NCBI GenBank assembly: GCA_964291315.2
Contig: OZ219753.1
Span: 224,001 to 288,000 of the forward strand
Direction of reading: 5' to 3'
DNA length: 64,000 nt
Source: Candidatus Poribacteria bacterium
GTDB taxonomy: Bacteria > Poribacteria > WGA-4E > WGA-3G
A model generated the notes under the pieces. That model had not been told where the DNA came from. It made no database searches and worked only from the letters and a program-made list of their open reading frames with translations. The position numbers were made by a program, and so were the translations under genes. The first letter of the stretch is position 1, and each line of letters opens with the position of its first letter. This document shows, one piece after another, positions 19,894 through 28,934 of this stretch.

Positions 19894-20907
19894 ATGAAAA
19901 ACCATACCAGCATGCACATGTTGATATATTGTCATATACTGTTGTATCTCTTAACAGGAATGAAAGGGGACACTTTTGCCGATAACGAAGCCTCGCTTGT
20001 GAAAAGTCTGCGTTCGTATGAAGCCCCGGTCGAACCACCTCTCTATAAAACTATAGAAGGCGCGAAAGCCTATATTGTGCAGCACCAAAACCGAGATGGC
20101 GGCTGGCCCCTGATTCCGGGCGGCGAAAGTAACGTCGAGAACACTGCCTTTGCGATTTGGGCGCTAATTGATGCCGGATGGGGGACAGGATCTCAGGTAA
20201 TCCGAACCGGTGTTATGTATCTCAGGAATATGCAGTGGGACAACGGGAGTTGGAACAACAACACCGCCCATACCATTTTTGCCCTTATTGCTTTGACAAC
20301 AGCAGAAACCGATCCAGAAATCCGTTTTAAAGGGCTTCAATGGTTACAAAAAGCACAGAATCCGAATGGGGCATGGGGGAAAGAAGAACGCGGTCCTGAC
20401 AATGTTCTTTATACTGCAGCTGTTTTAGCAGGTTTCAGAAGACTCGGTTTTAAACAGAACTTTACACCCGTCTCTAAAGGGGCGGATTGGCTGGCTGAAG
20501 GTATTAATTTTGACAGTGGTTGGGCTCTACAACGCGGGCAGCAGTCAGATATTTTTCTCACCTCTTGGGTGATACAAGGTTTAGAACCTGTTTACGACAT
20601 TGATGCACAAGTTGTGTGGCTAAAGCAGCTACAGAATGATGACGGCGGTTTCGGCAGATATAAAAACAGTCCGAGTGATCCAGAAATTACTGCCCTCGCG
20701 ATTATGGCGCTCGCCGCTGGAAACGATCCGCTTAATACCCGCCGTGTTGCTATCAATTATTTGACAACTATTGGCCAAGAAAATGGCGGCTTCATCAGTG
20801 ATATACCTATAGAGTTGGCGAAACCGGCGGACAATTTGCAGTCAACCTGCTTTGTCCTTATTGCCATTTACGCGGAAACACCAGATGAAATTGCTTTGGA
20901 GCAATAG
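19894..20907 (+). CDS. Exported prenyltransferase/squalene-oxidase-repeat (alpha/alpha barrel) protein
   Basis: Repeated QNRDGGW, QWDNGSW, QNPNGAW, QNDDGGF motifs; N-terminal hydrophobic segment. Confidence 0.8.
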   Translation: MKNHTSMHMLIYCHILLYLLTGMKGDTFADNEASLVKSLRSYEAPVEPPLYKTIEGAKAYIVQHQNRDGGWPLIPGGESNVENTAFAIWALIDAGWGTGSQVIRTGVMYLRNMQWDNGSWNNNTAHTIFALIALTTAETDPEIRFKGLQWLQKAQNPNGAWGKEERGPDNVLYTAAVLAGFRRLGFKQNFTPVSKGADWLAEGINFDSGWALQRGQQSDIFLTSWVIQGLEPVYDIDAQVVWLKQLQNDDGGFGRYKNSPSDPEITALAIMALAAGNDPLNTRRVAINYLTTIGQENGGFISDIPIELAKPADNLQSTCFVLIAIYAETPDEIALEQ

Positions 20908-20937
20908 ACAAATATCGAAAGGGATGCAATTGCACAA

Positions 20938-22422
20938 CTAACGCCCTTCGTCAGCGATAATAGAGCCTGGCATGATGTAATGTTTCCCTTTGGTTAGTTG
21001 CGCAACTCTGCGTTGGAAATTATCCGAAATTGAGCTGCTTCGCATAGAGGTGACGCCCCCTATAACATAAATTTTTGCGAACGTCCCTCGGCACACTGAA
21101 ATCGCTTGCCTTACGGTATACCCTTTTTTGGTACGCTTGCTTGTTGATTCATCTGTAACAATGATAAAAACAAGATCGCGCGATGAGTCGATTCGAAGTT
21201 TCGGTATACCCTCAATTACAGCATCTAATAAATGTTCATCACCCATTTTGGGAAGACGAAAGAGGGATTTCACTTGCTCGGGTTCCAGGGGTGGGTTGGT
21301 CACGACAACAGTACTTTCGCCGCCCCCAACTGCTGCCCAAAATCTGATAATTCCAAACCTATAATCCAATCCTGCTGACTTAAATACAGAAACCATCTGA
21401 TCCAAGCCGTCACAGGCAGCATCGGTTTTCGTTTCCATGCTTAGGCTGTAATCGAAGATGAACACAACATCTATTTTTTGCAGATGACTTGCAACCAGGT
21501 TTTCCGCAATACGCTTGAATATACCGTCTAAGCGGAGTAAGGCTTTATCTGCTATTGTATCTCCACTCCGGATCCGTTGTCCATCTATCCGTTGCTGCTT
21601 TGAGTCAATAGGATACCATTTTCCGGCTGTTTCATCTGTAAGCTCCGCTTGGACCCTCTCACTAATACCGATAAAATTGATCTGAACATTGTTTTGACGG
21701 GATCGGCTGATAATTTGATTACTAATTTTGTTTTTCGCTTTTGCGTCTGTCCATGAGGTCCGTATGCGTGAGTTGGTAACCACGACAAATTGCGTTGTAA
21801 CCTCATCGCGGAATTCCAATTCGTTCAGTCCCTTCACAACAGCATCAAGCCCATAGCCTGATCCGGTATTATTCCCCGATTCAACCCTTATATTTTGGAG
21901 TGTATTAACAATACTGAGATAGTCAAATGTCCAGGGATGAAGAGCCACGCGCGGTTCCGCTTGCACCGAGTGAAAACTTACCAGGGCGAATCTGTAGTCC
22001 ATCGTTTTTGCCTCTATAACAGTGAGCATATCAACGATTTTCTTTTCAAGGACAGAGAGATGTGCTCTCATCCGCCTACTACCATCAACCACAAACACGA
22101 CATCTATCTTCGGAGTTTGGGCGTGCTGTGTTGTCCGTTGTGCAATATCTTTGAGACTTGCACCTATATCTGCCTTTAATACCCTCTTTTTTTCTTTGGC
22201 ACTTTGATCTACCATTATTCTGTGTCTTCGGCGAGGGGGGCGGATCTGTGCCGATGCTTGCAGCGTGCCCACTACTATACTCATTACACACAAGCAACAT
22301 ATCCAAATTTTTAGATGCTGCTTACAGACCAAAACTTGCATGATAAAAGCCATATTATCTCCAATCAAAATTCTGTATGAAAACCTGATGCACTTAGCAA
22401 ACATTTCTGTAGTAAACATCAA
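20938..22422 (-). CDS. Exported protein with two tandem vWA domains; true start probably near 22353
   Basis: IDVVFVVDGSRRM and IDVVFIFDYSLSM; VVTN/IVTDE; signal-like segment ending ASA-Q. Confidence 0.75.
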   Translation of the reverse strand: MMFTTEMFAKCIRFSYRILIGDNMAFIMQVLVCKQHLKIWICCLCVMSIVVGTLQASAQIRPPRRRHRIMVDQSAKEKKRVLKADIGASLKDIAQRTTQHAQTPKIDVVFVVDGSRRMRAHLSVLEKKIVDMLTVIEAKTMDYRFALVSFHSVQAEPRVALHPWTFDYLSIVNTLQNIRVESGNNTGSGYGLDAVVKGLNELEFRDEVTTQFVVVTNSRIRTSWTDAKAKNKISNQIISRSRQNNVQINFIGISERVQAELTDETAGKWYPIDSKQQRIDGQRIRSGDTIADKALLRLDGIFKRIAENLVASHLQKIDVVFIFDYSLSMETKTDAACDGLDQMVSVFKSAGLDYRFGIIRFWAAVGGGESTVVVTNPPLEPEQVKSLFRLPKMGDEHLLDAVIEGIPKLRIDSSRDLVFIIVTDESTSKRTKKGYTVRQAISVCRGTFAKIYVIGGVTSMRSSSISDNFQRRVAQLTKGKHYIMPGSIIADEGR

Positions 22423-22602
22423 ATTGTTTTCCGGTGAAGGGTTTTCAAAACTTTTCTCGGATGCCGCGCTATCAAATTCGCGCTAGCCCGGTATGTGTGT
22501 CTCTTCGGAAAGGTGGTCGATTTGTCATAAAATCCCATTAACTTCGTTGTCAAATCTCATTAGATTCGAAAAGAAGCGAATCTTCCAATAAAGTCTTCAC
22601 AA

Positions 22603-23619
22603 CTAATATGTATCTAAGTCAATTTCTTCTTCGCTAAACCGCAGGTGTGCTTGATTAATGAGCTCAACAATAGCTGTCCACTGCTTCTGCGTTTCATCAG
22701 ATGCACCTTCTGTCTCAAGCAATTTAGCAAACTCAAGGAGAGTTTCGCTAAACTTATTTTGTAGGTAGACATACTCCTCAGTCTGATCTGCATTCTTCGG
22801 AGGCTCGAAATCCGAGATGCTCTTGGCATATTTGGCTAGGCGTTTTGCTGCCTGAATAGCTTCTGTTTTGCTCTCTTTTTCCTCGAAGTAGTCCATAATG
22901 ACAAAATAGTCGTCTATCATCAACGCCATGAGGGCTTTTAGGTCTTCGACCTCGGGTATCTGTTCCGTTGGCGTATCCGGCTCTGGTGTTTTTTCTTCCT
23001 CAAGGCTCGGCTTGTTTTTTCTGAAGAGGGCGTAACTCATTACCAACGCCTTCTTTGGAATCAAAGCGACAGCGTTTGAGGCATCCTCATGTCCTTCAAT
23101 GGCTGTAACGTCTTTCTTAACCTTGAAAAGATTATCTATCCCCATACCGACGAACTGTTTGAGAAATGCCTCTTCTGCAATCGCGGCCGACTCCTTATGG
23201 CGATAGACTGCTATTTTCACAACCTTTCCTTTCATATCCAATCCAACGGCCCCTTCAATTACACCCTGGGGCCCCTTGCTATCGGAAAAAAGCACTAAGC
23301 CCATCGGTTTCTTTTCGTTGTTGATTGGAATGTAGAAAATCGGTTTCAGATCTGTTGTCCGAAGCTTCGTTCCCAGTTTTTCCTCAATTGCGGTGATTTT
23401 CGCTGGGCTGAGTATAACACTTCGCTGAACAAAACGTTTGGCTTTTGGAAACATAACCGCCAGCTTTTGCTTTGGGTATTCTGTTTCATGTGTGTCGCTA
23501 AGTAAGGCAGGGCTTAAAAGAAAAAAGGCAAACGCCAACAAAATACCTATATAGTGTTTATAGCGTTGGCGGTAGATTGGGGCGAGAAATTGAAAACAAA
23601 TCAAATCCCGGGGTTGCAT
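22603..23619 (-). CDS. Exported FMN-binding-like domain fused to a C-terminal four-helix bundle (cytochrome c'/b562-like)
   Basis: KGPQGVIEGAVGLD..G.V and FLKQFVG resemble FMN_bind; Pro/Glu linker; helical tail ending LINQAHLRF. Confidence 0.65.
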   Translation of the reverse strand: MQPRDLICFQFLAPIYRQRYKHYIGILLAFAFFLLSPALLSDTHETEYPKQKLAVMFPKAKRFVQRSVILSPAKITAIEEKLGTKLRTTDLKPIFYIPINNEKKPMGLVLFSDSKGPQGVIEGAVGLDMKGKVVKIAVYRHKESAAIAEEAFLKQFVGMGIDNLFKVKKDVTAIEGHEDASNAVALIPKKALVMSYALFRKNKPSLEEEKTPEPDTPTEQIPEVEDLKALMALMIDDYFVIMDYFEEKESKTEAIQAAKRLAKYAKSISDFEPPKNADQTEEYVYLQNKFSETLLEFAKLLETEGASDETQKQWTAIVELINQAHLRFSEEEIDLDTY

Positions 23620-23623
23620 TATA

Positions 23624-23701
23624 TGCCTCCGTGAAATTAAAACGCAAGAACGCCCGATACCGAGCGAAACTTGCGTTTTGTGCCTCCGTGAAATTAAAAC
23701 G
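23624..23701. repeat. 21-bp direct repeat flanking a hairpin
   Basis: TGCCTCCGTGAAATTAAAACG at 23624-23644 and 23681-23701; hairpin AAAACGCAAG...CTTGCGTTTT at 23639-23679. Confidence 0.85.
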
Positions 23702-24746
23702 AATAGGTTGTAGTCAAAGAAACCAAATTGCCAAATTCAATCGCATCCCCTTCATCATAAAGCGTCTCTTGCGTCAGCGGAATCATCACGTTGGCAGACA
23801 GGCTCATATCGGTCAGTATTTTCAAGGATACACCGAGTGCTGCCATGCTGTAACGTAGACCTGTATTAATGTCCTTCTCGCCAGCCCAGGCAGCAGGGGA
23901 CTGGTAAAGGCCGAGATAGTTTGCATTAAATGTGAACTGATCGAAAAGGCGATATGTCCAACCAGCTGTATAGGTTAACTCTATTGGAGCCCTATAAGTT
24001 TTGCTGTTCTCGTAGATAGGAAACGTTCCACGGCCGGAAGCAGTAAGCGTCATACCTCGGTAGAGCGGTAGACTATACTGCAGACTGGCAGTAGGATTAA
24101 AGGTGCCAGTACCAAACTGGATATGAAGGTGTTCAATACCTGCATCTCCAAGTTTCCACGGATTTTCTTCTGTTTTGCCGGTTGGAATCGTCGCCCCTAA
24201 CCGAGCAAACAGCGTGTCATCTGTTCTAAAAATGCCATGGCTTTTATAACCGAAGAACAGATCTGAATCCGAGAGACCGGTATAGGTTTCATCTCGATGA
24301 TGGATATCCCTACTCCGCAAGATCGCTTGCTCATCTTCAACATTGACTGGGTCAATCCATTCAATGCTTGCGTCTTGATCCTTGACTGCATACGGAATGT
24401 TTGCTTGTAAAAACCAGCGAGCATTAAGTAAGTATTGTAAGCCAACATCAATTCGGTAAGTACTCAAAGTTACACGGTGCCTATGCAAAGGCACGTCTAT
24501 CACTTCCCCTATTGTTGACAACCCTGTCGATGCTAGATGTCCGCCTCGCGCATCGGGGGACATTAACATATTGACATTTACTCGAAATTGCGCTGTCTCT
24601 TTTGAAGTCAAACTGACTTCACTCATCAAACCGCTTGGCGGTAAGACGGGATTGCTTCACGCAGGACAACTCTCTTGTGCGAAGCCGACAGAAATAAAAA
24701 TCCAATTCATTAACAGCGCGTATAAAAACGAACGTATTTTCGTCAT
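23694..24746 (-). CDS. Outer-membrane beta-barrel ('transporter'-type), candidate selenoprotein with TGA at codon 30 in a CxxU motif
   Basis: ATG at 24746 after AGGATGG; MTKIRSFLYALLMNWIFISVGFA-QESCPA(TGA)SNPVLPPSG continues in frame into ORF 23694..24629; PTGK and QFGTGTF motifs; C-terminal TYSF. Confidence 0.75.
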
Positions 24747-24919
24747 TTGTAACCATCCTAATAAAGTATTGTAATGCAGCGAAACACAAGACGCTGCACC
24801 ACAGATTTCCAGCACTAACTTTTATTGTGAGACAGTGCGGAAAAACAGGGTATAAGAATTTCTAAAATAACGGATAGGTGCGTTTGATTTGAAAGGCACC
24901 TTAGGGAGTCTATCTACCG

Positions 24920-25354
24920 CTATGTAGACGGAGGGCCTCTACGGGATAAGAAAAATTCGAGGTAAAATATTGATGTTAGAGGGTCGGAAAGAGGCTCAAG
25001 GCGGTATCGGGGCAGGATAAGCGAACTTGCTGAAATAGGAAGGATTGAAACGGGGACGTATCCAATCAATTCAGGGGAGCCAGATGTGTTGTACCTATCG
25101 TCTGGAAGCACAAGCTCTAAGTTGGTAGAGCAACACAATTTCCTACTTTCTGATGGCGCACTCTCTCCATCCGCAGCGTCTGCTTCGCTTCCGGAGCAGC
25201 AACTTGCGCGAATTTTTACATCCCCATTCAGAAATTTTTGAGGAGATCCGGGACAGAACCGTTGTCCGAAAGCCGTACAAAGAAGCGGGCATACCGAATA
25301 AACGTACAATAGGCCTACAAGTAGGATGAGAGCTTGTCGATGTTTCTGCGACAT
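24920..25354 (-). CDS. DUF2946-like Cys-rich leader protein with C-terminal RGPP
   Basis: N-terminal hydrophobic segment, CPLLC, SCC, LCC, ends SRRGPPST. Confidence 0.65.
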   Translation of the reverse strand: MSQKHRQALILLVGLLYVYSVCPLLCTAFGQRFCPGSPQKFLNGDVKIRASCCSGSEADAADGESAPSESRKLCCSTNLELVLPDDRYNTSGSPELIGYVPVSILPISASSLILPRYRLEPLSDPLTSIFYLEFFLSRRGPPST

Positions 25355-25648
25355 TTTTGTTTAATAACTCCGCTGTTTCGTCAGGAAAGTGGGAACGAAG
25401 TAAACGTTTTGTGATATTATACACCAAAATCTCAAAAAGTTGCAAAAAAACATTTAACTATCTGACACACCAAAAATCTACATGTATTCCAGATTGCAAA
25501 ACTACCTAACCAACACATCGGCACTCCGGGATGATGACTGACGTAGGTGTTTGCAAGCGTTTGCATTGAAACTTGCTAAATGGAGATTTAGAGTACCTAA
25601 CCGCTATAGCGTTCGTGCATTAGGAAGACACAGCTTCCGGCGATTCGG

Positions 25649-27049
25649 TTAAACCTCAACGCGGACGAAAGTTAAATAACTGCCTAACAGAAGCACGATG
25701 AGAAATAGCACTAACAGCAGGAGTTCTGTCGCTGTGCTATCAAAATTGCGCGTCAGACTGCGCGTGTCCTCAAAGACCGGGATGGATTCTGGGATGACAG
25801 CTCGCTGCGACATGCCCTCACGAACCCCTACAAAGTGAAGACTCTCTGGATCTGCCTTGTCGGTATATACGATGAATTCCATGTACTCACGCGCGTACCG
25901 CTGGGCGTTCTCTAAAAATTGAAGATGCCGTTCGAATCCTGTGGCGGCGAACGATTCTAGGAGGTAATGGAAAATCGCAGCGGGCGAAATACGCGTGATG
26001 GAACGCGCACGTTTCACCTGGGCAACCTGGCGGGCTAAGTGTTCATCAATTAAACGTTGCTGTGTCGCTACGTCTTTGATGACATAATCACTTCCGGCCC
26101 GCATATTTTCCTGCTCAGACCCACCCAATGTGTTCCAGTATTTCTCTACTTGTTCTTCATTAACTTGCTTTTGGCGAGCTCGAAGTTCGTCAGCAGACAT
26201 CAAGGGGGCTCGCCTACTAGCAATGGAGGCGAGAAGGTTGGGCGTAAAAACCACAAAGGTAACCCAGGTCAGCAGAAGTATCACTAGTGCTACTACGCTT
26301 CGGCCCACACGCGCCGACACAAGCAACCCTAACGCCAGAAAAATACACATATAAAGAAGTGTAATGCAGTATATAATACCCAAACGTCCCCAACCAGAGG
26401 CACTAATATGAACCGTACTTGCCGTGGAGATCACCAATAAATTCATCAACACAGCAAACGTGAAGGGGATGTTAAGTGTGAAGAGGGCCCCTAAAAATTT
26501 GCCAACTAGCACTACATGGCGCGGCATCGAATTCGTTAGCATCAGTCGCAGCGTACCCCGCTCACGCTCGCTAGACACCGAATCAAAAGTTAACAACAGC
26601 GCGACCAGGCTCAAGATATAGCCGCTGATGAACCCCCAATCCACTTTCATAACCGCTGGTCGAATATTTGTCAGATTCGGGGTAGCAGGTGGATACACCA
26701 TTCGCCAGAAACTCTTTAGATCCCCGTTTACCCAAACATGGTGTTTCCCTTGAACGGTATCTGGCAAAAAGGTATCGCTGCTTGCTGCACAGAAATGGAG
26801 GTCCGAAGGTTTTTTGTAAAGTCTTCCGGGGCCTTGACGCGCTAGTTCGTACAGACTGCCCGTGAGTGTCTCTAAAGCGTTGCGGGCCTCCTCGCTAGCG
26901 GTGAGATACGTTTGTAAGCGCGCGGGGTGTTCTTGCAGATGCACGATGGCGTTCGTCAACATTAATCCCAACAACAGTGCGGTCGTGAGTCCGAATCGGA
27001 GGTTATTGAGGTTGTCATAGAGTTCCCGTTTTGCTATATGCCAAATCAT
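25649..27049 (-). CDS. ABC-2 type transporter permease
   Basis: MIWHIAKREL, DSVSSERERGTLRLML, GKFLG, ISP motif. Confidence 0.85.
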   Translation of the reverse strand: MIWHIAKRELYDNLNNLRFGLTTALLLGLMLTNAIVHLQEHPARLQTYLTASEEARNALETLTGSLYELARQGPGRLYKKPSDLHFCAASSDTFLPDTVQGKHHVWVNGDLKSFWRMVYPPATPNLTNIRPAVMKVDWGFISGYILSLVALLLTFDSVSSERERGTLRLMLTNSMPRHVVLVGKFLGALFTLNIPFTFAVLMNLLVISTASTVHISASGWGRLGIIYCITLLYMCIFLALGLLVSARVGRSVVALVILLLTWVTFVVFTPNLLASIASRRAPLMSADELRARQKQVNEEQVEKYWNTLGGSEQENMRAGSDYVIKDVATQQRLIDEHLARQVAQVKRARSITRISPAAIFHYLLESFAATGFERHLQFLENAQRYAREYMEFIVYTDKADPESLHFVGVREGMSQRAVIPESIPVFEDTRSLTRNFDSTATELLLLVLFLIVLLLGSYLTFVRVEV

Positions 27050-27057
27050 TTTTTTCG

Positions 27058-28578
27058 TTACGTTACTTCTCTTTTGAGAAAAATCAGAAATATTATGATA
27101 AATAGAACAACATTGATTATCAGGAGTAGAAACTGATCAGGCATAGCACGTTTCGCATTTATTCGGATGTCGCTTCTCTGAAAAGTGAATTGGGGGAGTG
27201 TGCTCCAGTCCGCTGCCTCTTCGTGTGCAGTGAACCACTGTGGAGACTCGAACGTTTTTCTATCGTATAAGTAACCGATCACTGTGTTTCTGTATTGTCG
27301 AACCGCCTCGAAAAAGTCTTGATTCCCTTTTAAACCGGTACCTGCCCAGGCTTGGGTTGCCGAGTCGTATATCCCTATTGGAGAAAGTTTGAGCCAGTTT
27401 CTATCAACTACAGCTGGGCGCACGAAGATATCATGGAGCGCAGATTTTCGAGTGATCCAGGTTCGATCTGCTGTGTTAATAACCCGGGGTACGAGGAACC
27501 CATAGTAATTTTGAACGACGGGTATCTGGGGTAGGTATCTATCGTAGAGTTTGTTAAAGTATATTACACTCCAATAGTAATAAGCCAGGGTCGATCGGTC
27601 TCCGCTAAACCCATCGCCGCCACCCCCGCCAGCGGGCCCATCCATGTTAAACATCGGGTCCTCCCCCGGGGCAGTATCAGTTTCGAGAAAGCGTTTCCGC
27701 TCTCTCTCAAATTCTCCCCATATCTGTTTGATTTGATGGTAAACCGCTGATGTACGTGTTTTCGGGGGGGCAATCGGATTTATTGTCGCGAGGATCATGT
27801 TCGGATAGACTAGCACCCAAAATACCCAAACGAACATGCACATAATGAGGGTAGTGCTGGTGCTGCGCGTTATCGCTGAAATCAGCATGCCCATGAGATA
27901 GAATATTGACAGATACGCGATAGAAGCCCAAACAATTCCAGCAACCCGTACAAAATCATCGGACTTTAGGGAAATAGACGCGGATGTCACCATCAAAATC
28001 AGCGCAAAGATCAGACTCACAAGCAACGGAACAAGCAAGCAGAGCATCGCACTGACGTATTTTGCAAGCAGTATCGTCCCCCTACGGACGGGATGCGTCA
28101 AAATCAAACGTAAGGTGCCAGCTTCAATCTCTCCTACAAGAGCATCGTAGGCAAATATGAGTGCAAGTAGACTGAGAACGATCTCAAAAATAAATACAAT
28201 ATCGATCGCAGAGAAGATGTTGAGGAACGAGTTATGTAACCCATGCATCTCAGCGTCCCATAGCGAAGGCACAAATTCATGAGATACCAAGATTTCGTTC
28301 CCGATCCGTTTATCTAAGCCTGCATTGAAGATGCTCATAGGATTGGGGGGCCTGTCAACTTGCAGTTTTCTTATCCCCAATGAATAGGTTTTTGTATCGT
28401 GTACTTCTTGATGATGTGTTTTAACGGAGGTGTCGTAACTCGCTAACCGCTGATCGTAGTCATTGATGAGCACAAAAGTAGCAGCAACCACTAGCGTCAA
28501 CATAATAAAGACAGCTGCTACGAAACGGAAAGTCATCAGGTTGTCGAGGAGTTCACGCCGAATGAGTGGGATTAACAT
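27058..28578 (-). CDS. ABC-2 type transporter permease (paralogue)
   Basis: LIRRELLDN, YDALVGEIEAGTLRLIL, AKYVS, LSP motif. Confidence 0.85.
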   Translation of the reverse strand: MLIPLIRRELLDNLMTFRFVAAVFIMLTLVVAATFVLINDYDQRLASYDTSVKTHHQEVHDTKTYSLGIRKLQVDRPPNPMSIFNAGLDKRIGNEILVSHEFVPSLWDAEMHGLHNSFLNIFSAIDIVFIFEIVLSLLALIFAYDALVGEIEAGTLRLILTHPVRRGTILLAKYVSAMLCLLVPLLVSLIFALILMVTSASISLKSDDFVRVAGIVWASIAYLSIFYLMGMLISAITRSTSTTLIMCMFVWVFWVLVYPNMILATINPIAPPKTRTSAVYHQIKQIWGEFERERKRFLETDTAPGEDPMFNMDGPAGGGGGDGFSGDRSTLAYYYWSVIYFNKLYDRYLPQIPVVQNYYGFLVPRVINTADRTWITRKSALHDIFVRPAVVDRNWLKLSPIGIYDSATQAWAGTGLKGNQDFFEAVRQYRNTVIGYLYDRKTFESPQWFTAHEEAADWSTLPQFTFQRSDIRINAKRAMPDQFLLLIINVVLFIIIFLIFLKREVT

Positions 28579-28934
28579 TAATTCTTTCTCATCTGTTTTC
28601 TATATGGCATTGGGTACATCGTCCCTCTAAAGGTATGTTTCTCTCTAATTCTGCCACGGAGGTCGAACTTTGATAACAAGTTTAAGCGATGTTAGGGGGC
28701 GTGTCAAGAAAAATTAATTGGATGAGAGAAGTGAAACGGTTTTGCTTTCTGACAGCAAATTTTCCGGGCAACGTCAGTAAACAGATAGATTTGATTTGCG
28801 TTTCGGATTTAAATAGTGTATACTATTCAACATATCCCGCGCTTGCATTTGTGGTGTTCTGAAGTGTTGTTCTCCGTTTATGAGAAACAGCACAAAAAAA
28901 TCCCGTAGATTAAACCGAAGCGGAGAAAAATCTT

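Noticed and set aside
19894-20907. Squalene-hopene or oxidosqualene cyclase
   Set aside because: Half the expected length, apparently exported, and lacks the DxDD/DCTAE catalytic motif; only QW-like repeats are present.
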